Of a DNA stretch of 51,046 nucleotides, positions 34,870-48,184 are shown piece after piece. The stretch spans positions 1 through 51,046 of the forward strand of contig JAWMAR010004428.1 of assembly GCA_036785375.1 (NCBI GenBank), given 5' to 3'. How positions within the stretch are numbered: the stretch's first letter is position 1; each line of letters starts with the position of its first letter. The DNA is from Leucoraja ocellata. Lineage: Eukaryota. The notes under the pieces are model-generated. The model had not been told where the DNA came from. It made no database searches and saw nothing but the letters and a program-made list of their open reading frames with translations. Both the position numbers and the translations under genes were made by a program.

Positions 34870-37270
34870 GTGAGTGCAGCGCAGGTGGCAGGTACATTGG
34901 TTCAATACTGCTCAATCAGGATGAGGGAAGGTAGGAAAACTGCTGGAGACTGTAACTATTATACCTGTAGTTATTGTGTCCAGGTGCAGCTTGTTACGGA
35001 CTGTGATCGGAAGCAAGACGTGCATCTGGATGACCTTTGGACTATCCAGGAGAATGAGAGCTTATTTGATAAGATGTGCAGTGAAGCCATAATGCCCAAG
35101 GTCCAGGAAGAGAGAGGGTGGGTGAGCACGAAAAAAGGAAATAGACAGGGAGTGCAGGTGACCTCTGTGGATCACCCCATATAGTGTAAACCCACCCATA
35201 TAGTAGAGCCAACCTGCTTGCCTGGATATTTTTTCCCTTCCAGTTCAGGTGCAACTCATCCTTCTTGTACACGTCTAGATCAATTGGCCAGGTGGGCGGA
35301 AGAATGGTTGATGGAATTTAATACTGAGAAGTGTGAGGTGTTGCATTTTGGGATGTCGAACAAGGGCAGGACCTACACAGTAAATGGTAGGCCTCTGGGT
35401 AGTGTTGTAGAGCAGAGGGATCTAGGAGTACATGTGCACGGTTCCTTGAAGGTTGACTCGCAGGTAGGTAGGGTGGTCAAAAAGGCTTTTGGCACTTTGG
35501 CCTTCATCATTCAGAGTATTGAGTATAGAAGTTGGGAGGTCATGTTGCAGTGTATAAGATGTTGGTGAGACCACATTTAGAATATTGTGTTCAGTTCTGG
35601 GCACCGTGTTATAGGAAAGATAATGTCAAGCTTGAATAGGTTCACAAAATATTTACGTTGCCAGGACTGGGGGGTGCGAGATATAGAGGGGGGTTTAATA
35701 GGGTAATCTTATAGAGGTGTACACAATCATGAGAGGAATAGATCAGGAGATGCACTGTCTCTTGCCCAGAGTATGGGAATCCTGGACCAGATGTCATAGG
35801 TTCAAGGTGAAGGGGAAAAGATTTAGACAGGTACATGGATAAGACAGGTTTGGAGGGAGATAGACCAAGCGCAAGCAAGTGGGACTAGTGTAGCTGGGAC
35901 ATTTTTGGCCGGGGTGGGCAAGTTGGGCCGAAGGGCCTGTGTCCACACTGTATTACTGTATGACTCTATGTAACCATATAGGTTGATGGCAGAGCTGTAG
36001 ACATTTTCTACATAGATTTCAGCAAGGCATTTGACGGGGTACCGCATGGTAGGTGGTCTGGAAGGTTAGATCGCATGGGATCCAAAGATAGCTAATGGCC
36101 TGGATAGAAAATTGTTTTCATGGCAGGAAACAGAGGGTGATGGTGGAACATTGTTTTTTGGACTTGAGGACTTTAAGTAGTGACGTGCCTCAAGGATTGG
36201 TGCTGGATCCACTGCTATTTGTGGTTTACATCAACAATTTGGATGTGAACCTACAAGGCATGGTAAGTAAATTTGCAGATTACATTAAAGTGGCTGGTAT
36301 TGTAGACAGTGAAAGTAGTTGTCAAAAAGTGCAGCAGGATCTTGATCAGTTGGCAAGGGGGCAGAATAATCGTTAATCGAGTTTAATGCAGATAAATGTG
36401 AGGTACAGCATTTCGGGAACTCTAACCTGGGCGGGACCTTCACTATAAATATCAGGACTGGGGAGTTTTGCAGAACAGAGGTCTCGGAATGCAGGTGAAT
36501 AGTTCATTGAAATTGGTAGCACAGGTTGATAGGCTGGGCAAAAAGGATTTTGGCACTTTGGCATTCATCAATCAGGAGTTTGTGGGTAGAAGTTTGTATG
36601 TTACAACTGTACAAGGTACTAGTGAGGCCACAGTTGTAGTATTGTGATCAGAGTTGGTCACCCAGCTATAGAAGGTGTTGTTAAACTAGAAATAATATAG
36701 AGATTTACCTGATCAAGAATGTTGTCGGGTCGTGAGGGACTGAGCTATAAGGACTGGTTGGGCAGGCTAGGACTGTATTCTGTGGAGAGTGCATGGATGT
36801 GAGGTGATATTATAGAGTTGTATATGATCATGAGGGGATAGGATGGATAGTCTATTACCCAGTATAGGGGAATCATGAACCAGAGTATTAGGTTGAAGGT
36901 GAGAGGACTATATGTATGTATTTATGTATGTACTTAATCTATGAACCAATGCTGTATAACGTTAATACCTCCGCCAATGTAAATCACTTTGGCCAACGAG
37001 AGTTGTTTTTTAAATGTGCTATAGAAATAAAAGTGACTTGACTTGAAGGGGAACGTTTTCCAAACATAGGGTGATGGGTGCAAGAGATGAGCTGCCGGTG
37101 GAGGTACTGTAATGGAGGCAGAAACAATACCATTTAAAAGACATAAGCACAGGTACATTGAAAGAAAAATTTAAGAGGGATATGGGCCAAACATGGCCAG
37201 CTGTAGATGTGGCACCTTGATTGTCATGGGCCAGCTGGGTCAAAGGGCCTGTTTCTTTGCTGTATGACTC
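34870..37270 (+). mobile_element. Cluster of CR1 fragments: ORF1 remnant ~34900-35270, RT 3' ends ~35275-35970 and ~35975-37270
   Basis: YTCSYCVQVQL..LDDLWTIQENE (ORF1-like), WLMEFNTEKCEVLHFG, DFSKAFD, VPQGLVLDPLLFVVYINNL. Confidence 0.85.
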
Positions 37271-37279
37271 GGAGATACT

Positions 37280-38159
37280 CTAAGACACCCCACCTTGTGG
37301 CTATGACCTCTAGTGTTGGACTTTTCCACCATTGGATCAAAGGTTATGACCATCTACCCGATCCATGCCTCTCATAATTTTGTTTACTTCTATCAAGTCT
37401 CCCCTCAACCTGTGATATTCCAACGAAGCCAATTCAAGTCGTTGAAACCCTGACAACTGGCCCCTGGAAAGTCCTTTCACCAGAGAGAGTGCAGTCCTAA
37501 CCTCCCATCTACCACATTGGAGACCTTTGAACTATGTTTAATAAACATTATCAGACCTTTTCTTGCACTGAATGTTGCCCCCTTTATCTTGCACCTCTAC
37601 ACTGTGGACAGCATGATTGTAATCATGTATAGTTTTTCCGTTGACTGGATGGCATGCAACAAAAAGCTTTTCACTGTTCCTGAGTGTATGTAACAATAAT
37701 AAACTAAACTAAACTAATCAGGTAGAATTATGGTAAATCTCCTCTGCACCCTCTCGAAAATCTCCACATCTTATGAACTGTTTTTCCAGTTGTGGGGCGA
37801 CCAGAACTGCAGACAATACTTTGAATGTGGCCTAACCAAAGTCCTATACAGCTGCATCGTGACTTCCAGACTCTTGTATTCAATCCCCCTCGCAGTGCAG
37901 GCAAGCACACAATTTATCTCCTTTACCACCTTATCTATTTCTGCTGCCACCTTCTGTAAACAATGAAATTGGACTCCAAGATCCCTCTACACACCAATGC
38001 TTTTACGGGTCTTGCCATTAACTGCGTACTCTCTTCTTACATTTGATCCCGCTCTGTCTTCTGGCAGCATTCCTTACTATCGGCAACTCCACCAATATTA
38101 GTATAGTTAACAAACATTCTCAACAACCCATCTACATTTACATCAGGTCATTTATATAT
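37280..38159 (-). mobile_element. CR1 fragments
   Basis: Reverse-complement RT C-terminal sequence with internal insertions. Confidence 0.7.
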
Positions 38160-39100
38160 TGTGACAACATGTCCACTTTAAGGTCCACTCCGATTCCCAG
38201 CCACGGGCAAATGAGCAACAGTTGGATCTGATTAATGGTTATTGGACCAATTCATCTGATCCTTGTTCTTATAAACCCTGGGGGAGGGGGGAGGTTGTTG
38301 AGGGATTACCTTGTTTTGTGAAATAAAGCCCATTATGTGAGTTCACCTTACTGTGTGTTTATTGCTGATGTGGTGTCATGACCAATGTCACATTGGTGGA
38401 GAATGTGGGCATGTATACTGGGTCCTGAGTGACTGAGTGGCATTTATTTGAGACCGGCATTGAATAACAGTGAGTTGCCTGAGAACTACAGCAGCAACCC
38501 AAGAGTAGACCCATAACAGAATCACTGCTACTTTGTGCCAGTGAAGGGACATTGCCCTGGGGTGCATGTGCAAGCATGCCTAAGCACTTTTTAATACATT
38601 TCAACTGGCTGCTGAGAGGGAAGGATGGGGGTGTCAGGAATTGGATGCACATCTTGGCTCCATACCGGAGTGGTGAGACCCGGCAGGCTTATTTATCACC
38701 TACTGTGCAATGACTACACACTGTGATGCCACCAAGACAGAGGTACGGCAATGTGTTGGCCTCTCCCTCGTGGTCATGGCACAATTCCATGACTGGAAAT
38801 ACCACCCCAACAAACCTCCCTGAACTGAGCTGCCCCAACTAAGGAGTCTCGCCACTTGCAGGCTCCAGCCCGACCGGCATAACTCTGAGGAAGTTGTGGA
38901 TCGTGTGATAATGGAATATTATCTAAGGAGCCTGCCAGCTGTGGACCAGGGTGCAGTGGTACCTCAGGCCACCCAAACTAATGAGGACATTATTGAATGT
39001 GCTAAAGGAACCCAAGCTGTACAAACCATCGCTTGGGGCCCTGCATGGGCAATAGCCCCTCTCAACACTAGAGGGAGGTGAAGCCCCGACTGGCTCAGCC
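38160..39100 (+). mobile_element. Gmr1-like (SCAN-gag) Gypsy LTR retrotransposon relic: 5' LTR, PBS, decayed gag
   Basis: LTR 38160-38392 bounded by TGTGACA..TGTCACA with TATAAA and AATAAA; PBS TGGTGGAGAATGTGGGCA at 38394-38411; gag remnants FQLAAEREGW, WMHILAPYRSGETRQAY, AQFHDWKYHPNKPP, LQPDRHNSEEVVDRVIMEYYLRSLP. Confidence 0.82.
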
Positions 39101-39129
39101 AACTGGCAGGAAGGAATGGCATAAGCACC

Positions 39130-42100
39130 CCTGACAACCAGAGGCTGAGGAGGCCAATTCAATGGATATTTTAAAGGTGGAAATTGAGAGATTTTTGATT
39201 AGGATGGGGGTTAGGGGTTATGGGGGGAAGGCAGGAGAATGGGATTGAGAGGGAAAGATAGATCAGCCATGATTGAATAGCGGAGGAGACTTGATGGGCC
39301 GAATGGCCTAATTCTGTTCTTGTAACTTATGAACATCAGCAAAAAATAGTGATGATAAGAAGTAGAGTGAACATAAATAATTATACAGAAACTTCATCCC
39401 CCGCCATTCTCCAATTGAACTTGCATCCTTTTGGGAATTCTGCACCAGCACTCCCAGGGCACTTCGAAATTCTCTCCCCATTTCGAAAATAGTCTACGCC
39501 TTTATTCCTATGACCAAATGCATGAGTCAACACGTTGCTACACTGTATTCCATCTGCCACTTCATTACCCTCTCTCCCAACCAGTCTACGTCCATCCACA
39601 GAGGCCCTGCTTACTCTGCACGACCTGTCACTCCACCTAGTAGATGCAACATGGCTAGTCACTGGCAGCCAACCAGAAAAAGCCACCTATATTGCTACTC
39701 TTTGCCTTCTGTCCTCCAGCCAACCTGCTATCCATGCTAGTATCTTCCCTCAGCACCTTCTCCTTGGTAATAGCCACTACGCTAACTTTTACCTCCTAAC
39801 TCTCTTGTATTTCAGCCACATTGCTGGTGCCTTTCACTGTGAAGACTGATGCAAAAAAAAGTATTCAATTCATCTACCATTTCTTTATTCCCCATTATCA
39901 CTACTCCAGCATAATTTTCCAGTGGTCCAATGTCCACTCTTGCCTCTTTCTTACACTTTATGTATCTGAAGATACTTTTGCTATCCTCTTTATTATTATT
40001 AGCAAGCTTGCATTCATATTTCATCTTTCCCCCCATATTGCCTTTTTAGTTACCTTCTGTTGTTTTTTAAAAGCTTCCTAATTCTCTAATGTTCTACTTA
40101 TCTTTTCAATGTGTTATCCCTTTTCTTTTAGTTTTTTACTGTCTCTGACTTCCCTTGTTACCACAGTCATCTCATTTTCCTCTTTGAATCTTTCTTCCTC
40201 TTCGGAATGAAAAGATCCTGCATCTTCTGAATTATTCCCTGAAATTCCTGCCATTGCTGTTCCATTGCCACTCCAGCGCAGGTCCCTTTCCAATCAACTT
40301 TTGCCATCTCCTGCCTCATGCTTCTGTGATCACCATTCCTCAATAGTATTACTGACACATCCAATTTCACCTTCTCCATCTCAAATTGATGGTTGAATTT
40401 TATCACCTTATTTTCACTATCTCCTAGTGCTTCCATTACCTTAAATTCCCGAATCAAATCCGGTTCATTACACAAAACCAAATCCACAGTTTCCTTTTCC
40501 CTGGCAAGGTCATCCACAAGCTAACAACTAAACTAATTTAGACACCATTCTGGTAAAGCTGCTGTTCATCCGCTCCAAAACCTCCACATAGTTCCTGCAA
40601 TGGGGCAACCATACCTGCACACAATACTCCAAATGCGGCCAAACCCACGCCCTACGCAGGGGCATCATTGTTTCCTGACTCTTGTATTCAATGCTACTTG
40701 CTATGAAGACAAGCACACCGTACACCATCTTTACCACCTTCTTTATCTACTTGTGCTGCCTCCTTCTGTGAACTATGAACTTGGGCTCCAAGATCACTCT
40801 GTATATCAATGCTGTTAATGAATGAATGAATGAATGAATGAATTTCTTTATTGTCACTGCACATGGTACAACGAAATTCAAAAGTCAATCCCACGGTGCG
40901 ATTCACAAGAGCAGTTTAAATATATAAGATAAGGTAAAAATACATATATATAATTAAAAAATTAAAAAATTACAGATAAATTACAATAGCAGCTGAGGTA
41001 GAGCCATTCAGTTGAATGTGAATGTTATTTCTTATTTTGCATTATTAAGGATCTTGCCATTAACTGTATAATCTCTTATTGCATTCAAAGTCCACTTGCC
41101 ATTTCTCAACCCGTTTCTGCAGCTGATCTGGATCCTTCTGGATCTTCTAACAGAATTCCTCATTATATGTAATGTCTAATTTTGGTGTAGTCCACCAACA
41201 CATTCACAAACCCATCGACATGTACATTTCGGTCATTTATATGTAATTGATAATACATTTGTTGAACATAATGCCCTATCGGCTTCTGGTTCACGTCTGA
41301 CTCGGGGATGAAGTTTCTGTATAATTATTTATGTTTGCTGTATTTTTTATCATTACCATTTTTTGCTGTTGCTTCAATTATTTAATAGAATTTTGATCTT
41401 TCTATTCCAACTTGACCATGGATCTGACCCCTTGAATTAAGGGCAATAGTTCAGAAGTTTCATAATTTCATAAGCCATAGGAGCAGAATAGGAGCAGACA
41501 TTCGGCACATCAAGTCTACTCCATCATTCAATCATGGCTGATCTATCTTTCCCTCTCAAGCCCATTCTCCTGCCCCTCCCCATAAACCCTGACACCCGTA
41601 CTAATCGAGCATCTATCAATCTCTTCCTTAAAATTATCCATTTGCGCCCTTCACAGCCTTCTATGGCAATTAATTCCACTGATTCACCATCCACTGACTA
41701 AAGAAATTCCTCCTCATCACCTTTCTCAAGATGTGTCCATTTATTTGGAGGCTAAAGCCACTGGTCCTCAACTATCCCATTAGTGGAACCATACTCTCCG
41801 CATCCACTCTAGCCAGGCTTTTCACTATTCGGTACGTTTCAATGGGATCCTCCTTCACCCTAAACTCCAGCATGTACAGGCCCAGTGCTGTCAAACTCTC
41901 ATCAGATGTTAATCAATCATTCCTGGGATCATTCTTGTAAACCTCCACTGGACCCTCTCCAAAGCCAGCACATCCTTCCTCAGATATGGGGCCTCAAACT
42001 GTTCACAATACTCCAAATGCGGTCACACCTGTGCATTGAATAGCCACAGCATTATATTCCTGTTTTTATACTCTAGTCCTTTCAAAATAAATGTTACCAT

Positions 42101-42155
42101 TGCATTTGCCTTGCTTACAACTGGTTCGACTTGCAGATTAACTTTTTGGGGATCC
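39130..42155. mobile_element. CR1 cluster: 3' UTR (+) ~39130-39335; ORF2 pieces (-) ~39360-41230 and ~41460-42155
   Basis: [53 protein letters not shown]. Confidence 0.82.
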
Positions 42156-43059
42156 TAAAAGTGGTCATTCCTAATTTACCACCTTAATGGATTTTCTCCG
42201 ACCGTTTACATTTAGAATTCTTTCAAAACAAAGGCCACGATTGGCTTTCACGAGGACTTGAGGCAGTTGGTTATGAATCTTAATATATGTATTCTAATAA
42301 CACAACCTCTTTCAGAAATGATCATGTTCAATAAGCAGTGTTCCCAACACACAATTAGGAGAGGTCTTATGAGAAGGTGACACTGATATTTTAAACATTG
42401 AATGTAAAAAGTACTGGCCACTTTCTGCAGAATATTCACAGCATGTCTCTGCACAATATCTGTTGCTGTTGAGCTGGCAGGAAACAACTGCTATAGTGGT
42501 GTTTGCTGCGCTTATCTGTCATTTATCTTCTGTGAAATATTGGTATGCTGACAAACATGTTTCCGCAGCACACAGATCAGAAGATTTGGGATCTAAGTTC
42601 TATTCCAGGCACATATTCAAAATGGTTCATTTGCAACTTCTGGTTCAGTGCCAGGTAAATGGTGTGATGTATAACGTGGAATGCTTCATATTTCTCTCTG
42701 AGTGCATGTCCCTCATCTGGAAAGTTAACTGTGTCTCTTTCCACATAATCTGCCTATCCTGCATAGATTGTCCAGAATATTCCATTTTCATTTTTGTTGG
42801 TCATGTCAAGTCAATTTTCTTTTCTAACTCATCAGTTCTAGCCTGTTTGGTCTGACCACAACATTGACTATTCATTACCCAGACAAAGAGTCTTAACGTG
42901 CTGGTAACTGCAGTCATGAAGCCATTTCAATTAATCACATCGCATTCATTCCCTTTGCTTTATACATCCTTCCCTCGCCTCCTCATCCAATGAAAACTAC
43001 CTTGCATCTCTCTCGTTACTGATTCTGTTGAATGGGCATCGACCTTAAATGTTGACTGT

Positions 43060-43198
43060 ACACAAAAATGCTGGAGAAACTCAGCGGGTGCAGCAGCATC
43101 TATGGACAAAGGAAATAGGCAACGTTTCGGGCCGAAACCCTTCTTCAGACTGGCGAAGGAAATGGGCAACGTTTCGGGCCGAATCCCTTCTTCAGACT
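43060..43198 (-). ncRNA. Two tandem minimal hammerhead-ribozyme-like motifs in a Penelope terminal repeat
   Basis: CTGAAGAAGGG(T/A)TTCGGCCCGAAACGTT at 43121-43148 and 43168-43195: CUGANGA, stem II, GAAA, palindromic ACGU. Confidence 0.6.
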
Positions 43199-43789
43199 GT
43201 TGACTGTTTCTCTTTCCACTGATGCTGAGTTTTACCAGTATTTTCTGTTTTTATGTCTGAATTCCAGCACATGAAGATTTTTTGTTTTTATTCCATTCTT
43301 CGTTACTCTGCAAATGAATCAGCCTTTGTCTGCCTGCAACAAAATCTAGACAATTTTCTAAAACGTGCTAGCAAATGGCAAACAAAGAATTAAAGTTTTT
43401 TGGACTGCAGTAAGTATAACATTACAACACTGCTGTTTCACCTGATACAATAAAGGAACAGCCATGTTTATTTCAAAGCAAGATTACATTTAACTTGGAG
43501 AACACCTTGGAAATGGACCCTTTTTCATCCGGCTCCTTTTTTCTTCCCTACAGGTGGCAGATGCCGGTGAGCTGGAAGATTCTAGAAGGTTGCAGCAGTG
43601 CACCCTATCCATGTTATACACTACGGTCACACTGTGTCGGTGAGGCGGCGAGTGGGAGAAAAGTTTAAACTGGTGGTTGATTTGTTGCTCAGTGGAATAT
43701 TTAGGAGTGATTCCACACTCTCTGCAACAGCTCCAGTGTTGGTGCAGTCTTGAAACTTACAAACCAACTGTCTCCAATTAGTTAAAAAT

Positions 43790-44180
43790 CAGAAGTGCTT
43801 CAATGACTCAACGGGTCGGGCAGTTTCTCTGTAATACGTGACTGGGAGATGGTTTGAGTTGGAACCTTTCTTCAGACTATTTGTAGTGGGGAGAGAAAGC
43901 TGGAAAAGAGGTGGTGGTGGGATAAATGCTGGCAACTGAGAGGGGGACACAGGTGAGGGGGGGGGGGTTGTGATTGGCAGATGGGTGGACAAAGGCCAGA
44001 TATGAAAAGGCAAAAAATCCATAAAATAACATAAAAGAAGTGAAATATGAAGCCTGAGGAAAGGGTATTGGGGGAAGGGACGGGGGAATTGGGTGGATAG
44101 TGGAATAAATGGATGTGCATCTTGGAGAGGCACGGGGAACTGAGGGGGGAAGGATGGGGGATGAGTGTTAGCTCCAATTT
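43790..44180 (-). mobile_element. Penelope-like 3' end and terminal repeat
   Basis: Same structure as 11605-11970. Confidence 0.65.
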
Positions 44181-44344
44181 TACAACACCCACCACACCCC
44201 ATTTCCCTATCTCTCTATCCTGTGCCCCAGTTGGAAGCACATTCATTTCTCCCACTACCCCCCCCCCCCCCCCCCTATCTATTTCCCTTCCTCCGCCTTC
44301 TCATTACATTCATCTTCTCTTTATCTTACATGAGTGAATGTGCG

Positions 44345-45785
44345 GATTAGGGAAAAGGTTCAAAAGCAGGGCCATTGTGGGTAGTGACCTGTGGCTGCTA
44401 GCTCAGTGCCACGTATTACTGAGGGTAAGAATTGGAGTTTAGGATAGATGAGTGTGTGGCTGAAGAGATAGTGCTGGGATTCCAATTTTTGGACCATTGG
44501 GATCTCATCTGGAGCAGAAGTAACCTGTACTGGAGGAACGGGTTCCACCAGAACTGAAAAGGGACCAATATCCCGATGGGCAGTTTTGCTGTTAATACTT
44601 GGAATGGTTTAATCTCGATTGGCGGGGAGGTGGGATCCAAAGCTGTGGTGTGGAATTTGATACAGGTTAGCTTCAGAATGTTCATTATACAAGGCAGGCA
44701 GGAGCATGGCAGGGAGCAAGTAAAGACCGTTGGATTAAAATGCATTATTTTAATGCAAGACTCTGACAGGTAAAGTCAGCATGGATTTATGAAGGGGAAA
44801 TCATACTTGACTAATCTTTTGGAATTTTTTGAGGAACACTTGGTTCTGAAAAAGAGAGAAATCTACAATAATTATAGGCAGCATGGAGTAAATGAGGTGC
44901 TTGAGGAGTATAAAGAATGTAAAAAGAATCTTAAGAAAGAAATTAGAAAAGCTAAAAGATATGCGGTTGCTTTGGCAAGTAAGGTGAAAGTAAATCCAAA
45001 GGGTTCCTACAGCTATATTAAAAGAAAAAGGATAACGAGGGATAAAATTAGTCCATTAGAGAGTCAGAGTGGGCAGCTATCTGCAGAGCCAAAAGGGATG
45101 GGGTGGTATTGAACATTTTTTTTTCTTCGGCATTCACATTGAATTATGTGAGGTAAGGGAAACAAGTAGGGTAGCTAAGGAAACTATGAGGATCAAAGAA
45201 GAGGAAGTACTGACACTTTAGAAAAATATAAAAGTGGATAAGTCTCCAGGTCCTGACAGGATATTCCCCATGGCTGAGGGATGTTAGTGTAGAAATATAA
45301 GGGGCAATGGCAGAAATATTTCAGATGTCATTAGAAACGGGAATGGTGCCAGAGGATTGGCATACCGCGCATGTTATTCCATTGTTTAAAAAGGGTTCTA
45401 AGAGTAAACCTAGCAATTATAGACCTGTTAGTTTGACGTCAGTGGTGGGCAAATTAATGGATACTTAGAGATAATATATATAATCATCTGGATAAACAGG
45501 ATCCGATTCGAAACAACCAACATGGATTTGTGCCTGGAAGGTCATGATTGAATAATCGTCTTGAATTTTTTGAAGTGGTTACTAGGGAAAATGATGAGGG
45601 TAAAGTGGTGGATGTTGTCTATATGGACTTCAGTAAGGCCTTTGACAAGGTTCCACATGGAAGGTTGGTTATGAAGGTTTAATTGTTGGGTATTAATAGT
45701 GGAGTAGCAAGATGGATTCAACAGTGGCTGAATGGGAGATACCAGAGAGTAATTGTGAATGGCTGTTTGTCAGGTTGGAGGCCTT
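44345..45785 (+). mobile_element. CR1 fragments: ORF1 esterase-like piece and ORF2 mid-region
   Basis: FLDHWDLIWSRSNLYWRNGFH; HGFMKGKSYLTNLLEFFE; KSPGPD; NYRPVSLTSVVGKLM; DVVYMDFSKAFDKVPH. Confidence 0.88.
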
Positions 45786-46460
45786 CCCATCACCTTTGGA
45801 GACTTTTAGTGCTGTTTATCAACATGAAAACCAAAGTTGTGCCAATGAAAGTCAAAGAAGCCATTATGAGACCGTGAAACAAGAATAAAACTGTTAGATG
45901 CATCAGCAAAACCTTAGGCTTACGAAAATCAACTGATTGGAACATCACTAAGAAGAAAGAGAGCTTACTAATCGCAAAGGGACTGGCAGGCCAAGGAAGA
46001 CCTCCACAGCTGATGACAGAAGAATTCTCTCTATAATAAAGAAAAAAATCCCTAACACCTGTCCGACAGATCAGAAACACTCTTCAGGAGTCAGGTGTGG
46101 ATTTGTCAATGACCACTGTCCGCAGAAGAATTCATGAACAGAAATACAGAAGCTACAAGATGCAAACCACTGGTTAGCCACAAAAATAGGAATGGCCAGG
46201 TTACAGTTTGCCAAGCAGTACTTAAAAGAGCAACCACAGTTCTGGAAAAAATGTATTGTGGACAGATGAGACGAAGATTAACATATCAGAGTGATGGCAA
46301 GAGCAAAGTATTGAGGAGAGAAGGAATTGCCCAAGATCCAAAGCATGCCGCCTCATCTTTGAAACATGGTGGTGGAGGTGTTATGGCCTGGGAATGTATG
46401 GCTGCTGAAGGTACTGGCTCACTTATCTTCATTGATGATACAACTGCTGATGGTAGTAAC
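45786..46460 (+). mobile_element. Tc1-family transposase fragment, decayed and 3'-truncated
   Basis: HTH region ISKTLGLRKST, GRPRKT motif, WKNVLWTDETKI (first catalytic Asp), KHGGGGVMAWECM. Confidence 0.9.
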
Positions 46461-46539
46461 ATAAGCACTACTTTAGAAAGACGATGTACAGATCTATGGA
46501 AAGGAAGGATATGGAGGGCCATGGGTCAAGTGCAGACAG

Positions 46540-47115
46540 ATAGTCGGGGGTGAAGGCTGGCAAAGAAAGATGAGGATGGGACAACGCCTGTTAAGTGTTG
46601 GGTGGATATAGTTGAGGGGTTTTGATTGGCAGATGTGTGGAGTGACAAAGCTTGACATTTGTGTTCTATGGGCCCTCCATTGCCAGAGTGAGGCCACGTG
46701 AAAACTGGAGGAACAGCAACTCATATTCCTCTTGGGAAGCTTACACCCAATGGTTGGAACACTGAATTCTCTCATTTTAAGCAAGACCCCCAACCTGTCT
46801 CCCATTCCTGCACCCCTGCATCCCGGTGCATACACATTTCTCCCATATTTCTTCCTCATTTTCCCATCTCCCCACCCTCATCTTCCCTTCCAGATATATC
46901 CATTTCTCTCCTTCTCTGACCCCCTTTTGTGGTTTCATCTCTAGTCTTTTTTGCTTACTCCACCCATCTTGAAAACAAACACCGTTCACATGTATCCATC
47001 TATCGCCATGTCCAACTCTCAGGTTTTTTTAGCCTTCACACAACCACATACAGACTAAAGAAGGATTCCAGCTTGAAATGACACTTATCCATTCCCTCTG
47101 CAGATGCTACCTGAG
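46540..47115 (+). mobile_element. Penelope-like 3' fragment
   Basis: LHCQSEAT*KLEEQQLIFLLGSLHPNGWNTEFSHF (EN C-terminus), then tail and decayed terminal motif. Confidence 0.75.
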
Positions 47116-47124
47116 CCAGAGTCA

Positions 47125-47640
47125 AGCCCTTGTCCAACTTTTATGACCTAATTGACGACCTCTGCCAAGTTTGCCCTTGACTTATACTCGTAGCATGGTC
47201 GCCACGATGTCGTAGGTGGCCGTAGGAGGTCTTCGTAACTCTTCCTCATGCTCGTGAGTGGTCTCCGCATACTCGTGGCCTCAAGTAGGTCGCGCTGTTT
47301 TTTCCAGCCTGATAAAAAATGTCCACGAGTAAAAAAAAGGTTGGCTTGGAAAAATTTGATACTTTTTACTCGTAGGTAGATCGTAATGTAGGTCAAAGTA
47401 GGTCGTGATAGTAGTCGTAGGTCGGTAACTGGCCCGAGAATAAAAATGCAAACATGGCATCATTTTATCATGTGATCATTTTCCACTCGTAGCTAGGTGT
47501 GGTAGACTGAGGTCGAGGGGGGTTGTAGGAGGTCGTAAACAAAGTCATAGGAGGTCTTTTACTTCAGTGAGTCAACATGACCTTGACATTTTTTTCAACT
47601 TGTCTAGGGTCTTCTAAACTCGTGGATTAGGTTGCACCAT
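47125..47640. mobile_element. Probable MITE-like DNA element
   Basis: Imperfect subterminal inverted repeat gacctaattgacga / tcgtggattaggtt; many internal gtcgtagg motifs. Confidence 0.4.
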
Positions 47641-48184
47641 CTGTGTGAATGCTGCTAGAGAAACATTGATTCTTGCAGCCTCATCTCAAACTGAGTGCCC
47701 AGAGGTGTGTTAGTGCACGGAGCCATCCACGTTCACACTGTGTCCATCTTCACATTGTATATTTCCTGTCCTGTAAAATAAATGCACGGAACTGCAAGTT
47801 TACAGAATGCGCCGTTGCTGAAATGTGATACATTTTTGCTGCATCTCACACAAGATCAATATGCCCGCCATCTTTTCTAGTGGTAATAATTTTAGAACCA
47901 CCATATAGTGTGATGTTGGGAGCTTTGGACACAGAGTATTTAAAGTAGACAGCGCACTCTGGTGGTGATTTGTGGAAGGCAATTTGGTTTCGGAATTGCA
48001 ATGCTCACAATGTGTGAATGAAAAGAGAAAGAGCAGTTGCTTTGTGAGGAACAGCAACCTGTTGATTGGGGAGCAGAAATCAAAACAAAACATAGACAGC
48101 GTGAAGAGTGATGAAAACAAATATCTCATGTAACAACTTGACCTGGGACAAGCAAGGAAGATGCAAATAAATCAAGTTGCAGAT

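Noticed and set aside
34239-34915. Pro/His/Thr-rich and Gly-rich ORFs on both strands
   Set aside because: Artefacts of the 24-bp minisatellite.
42463-42855. 130-aa plus-strand ORF
   Set aside because: Non-ATG start, no recognisable domain, composition consistent with chance in T-rich DNA.
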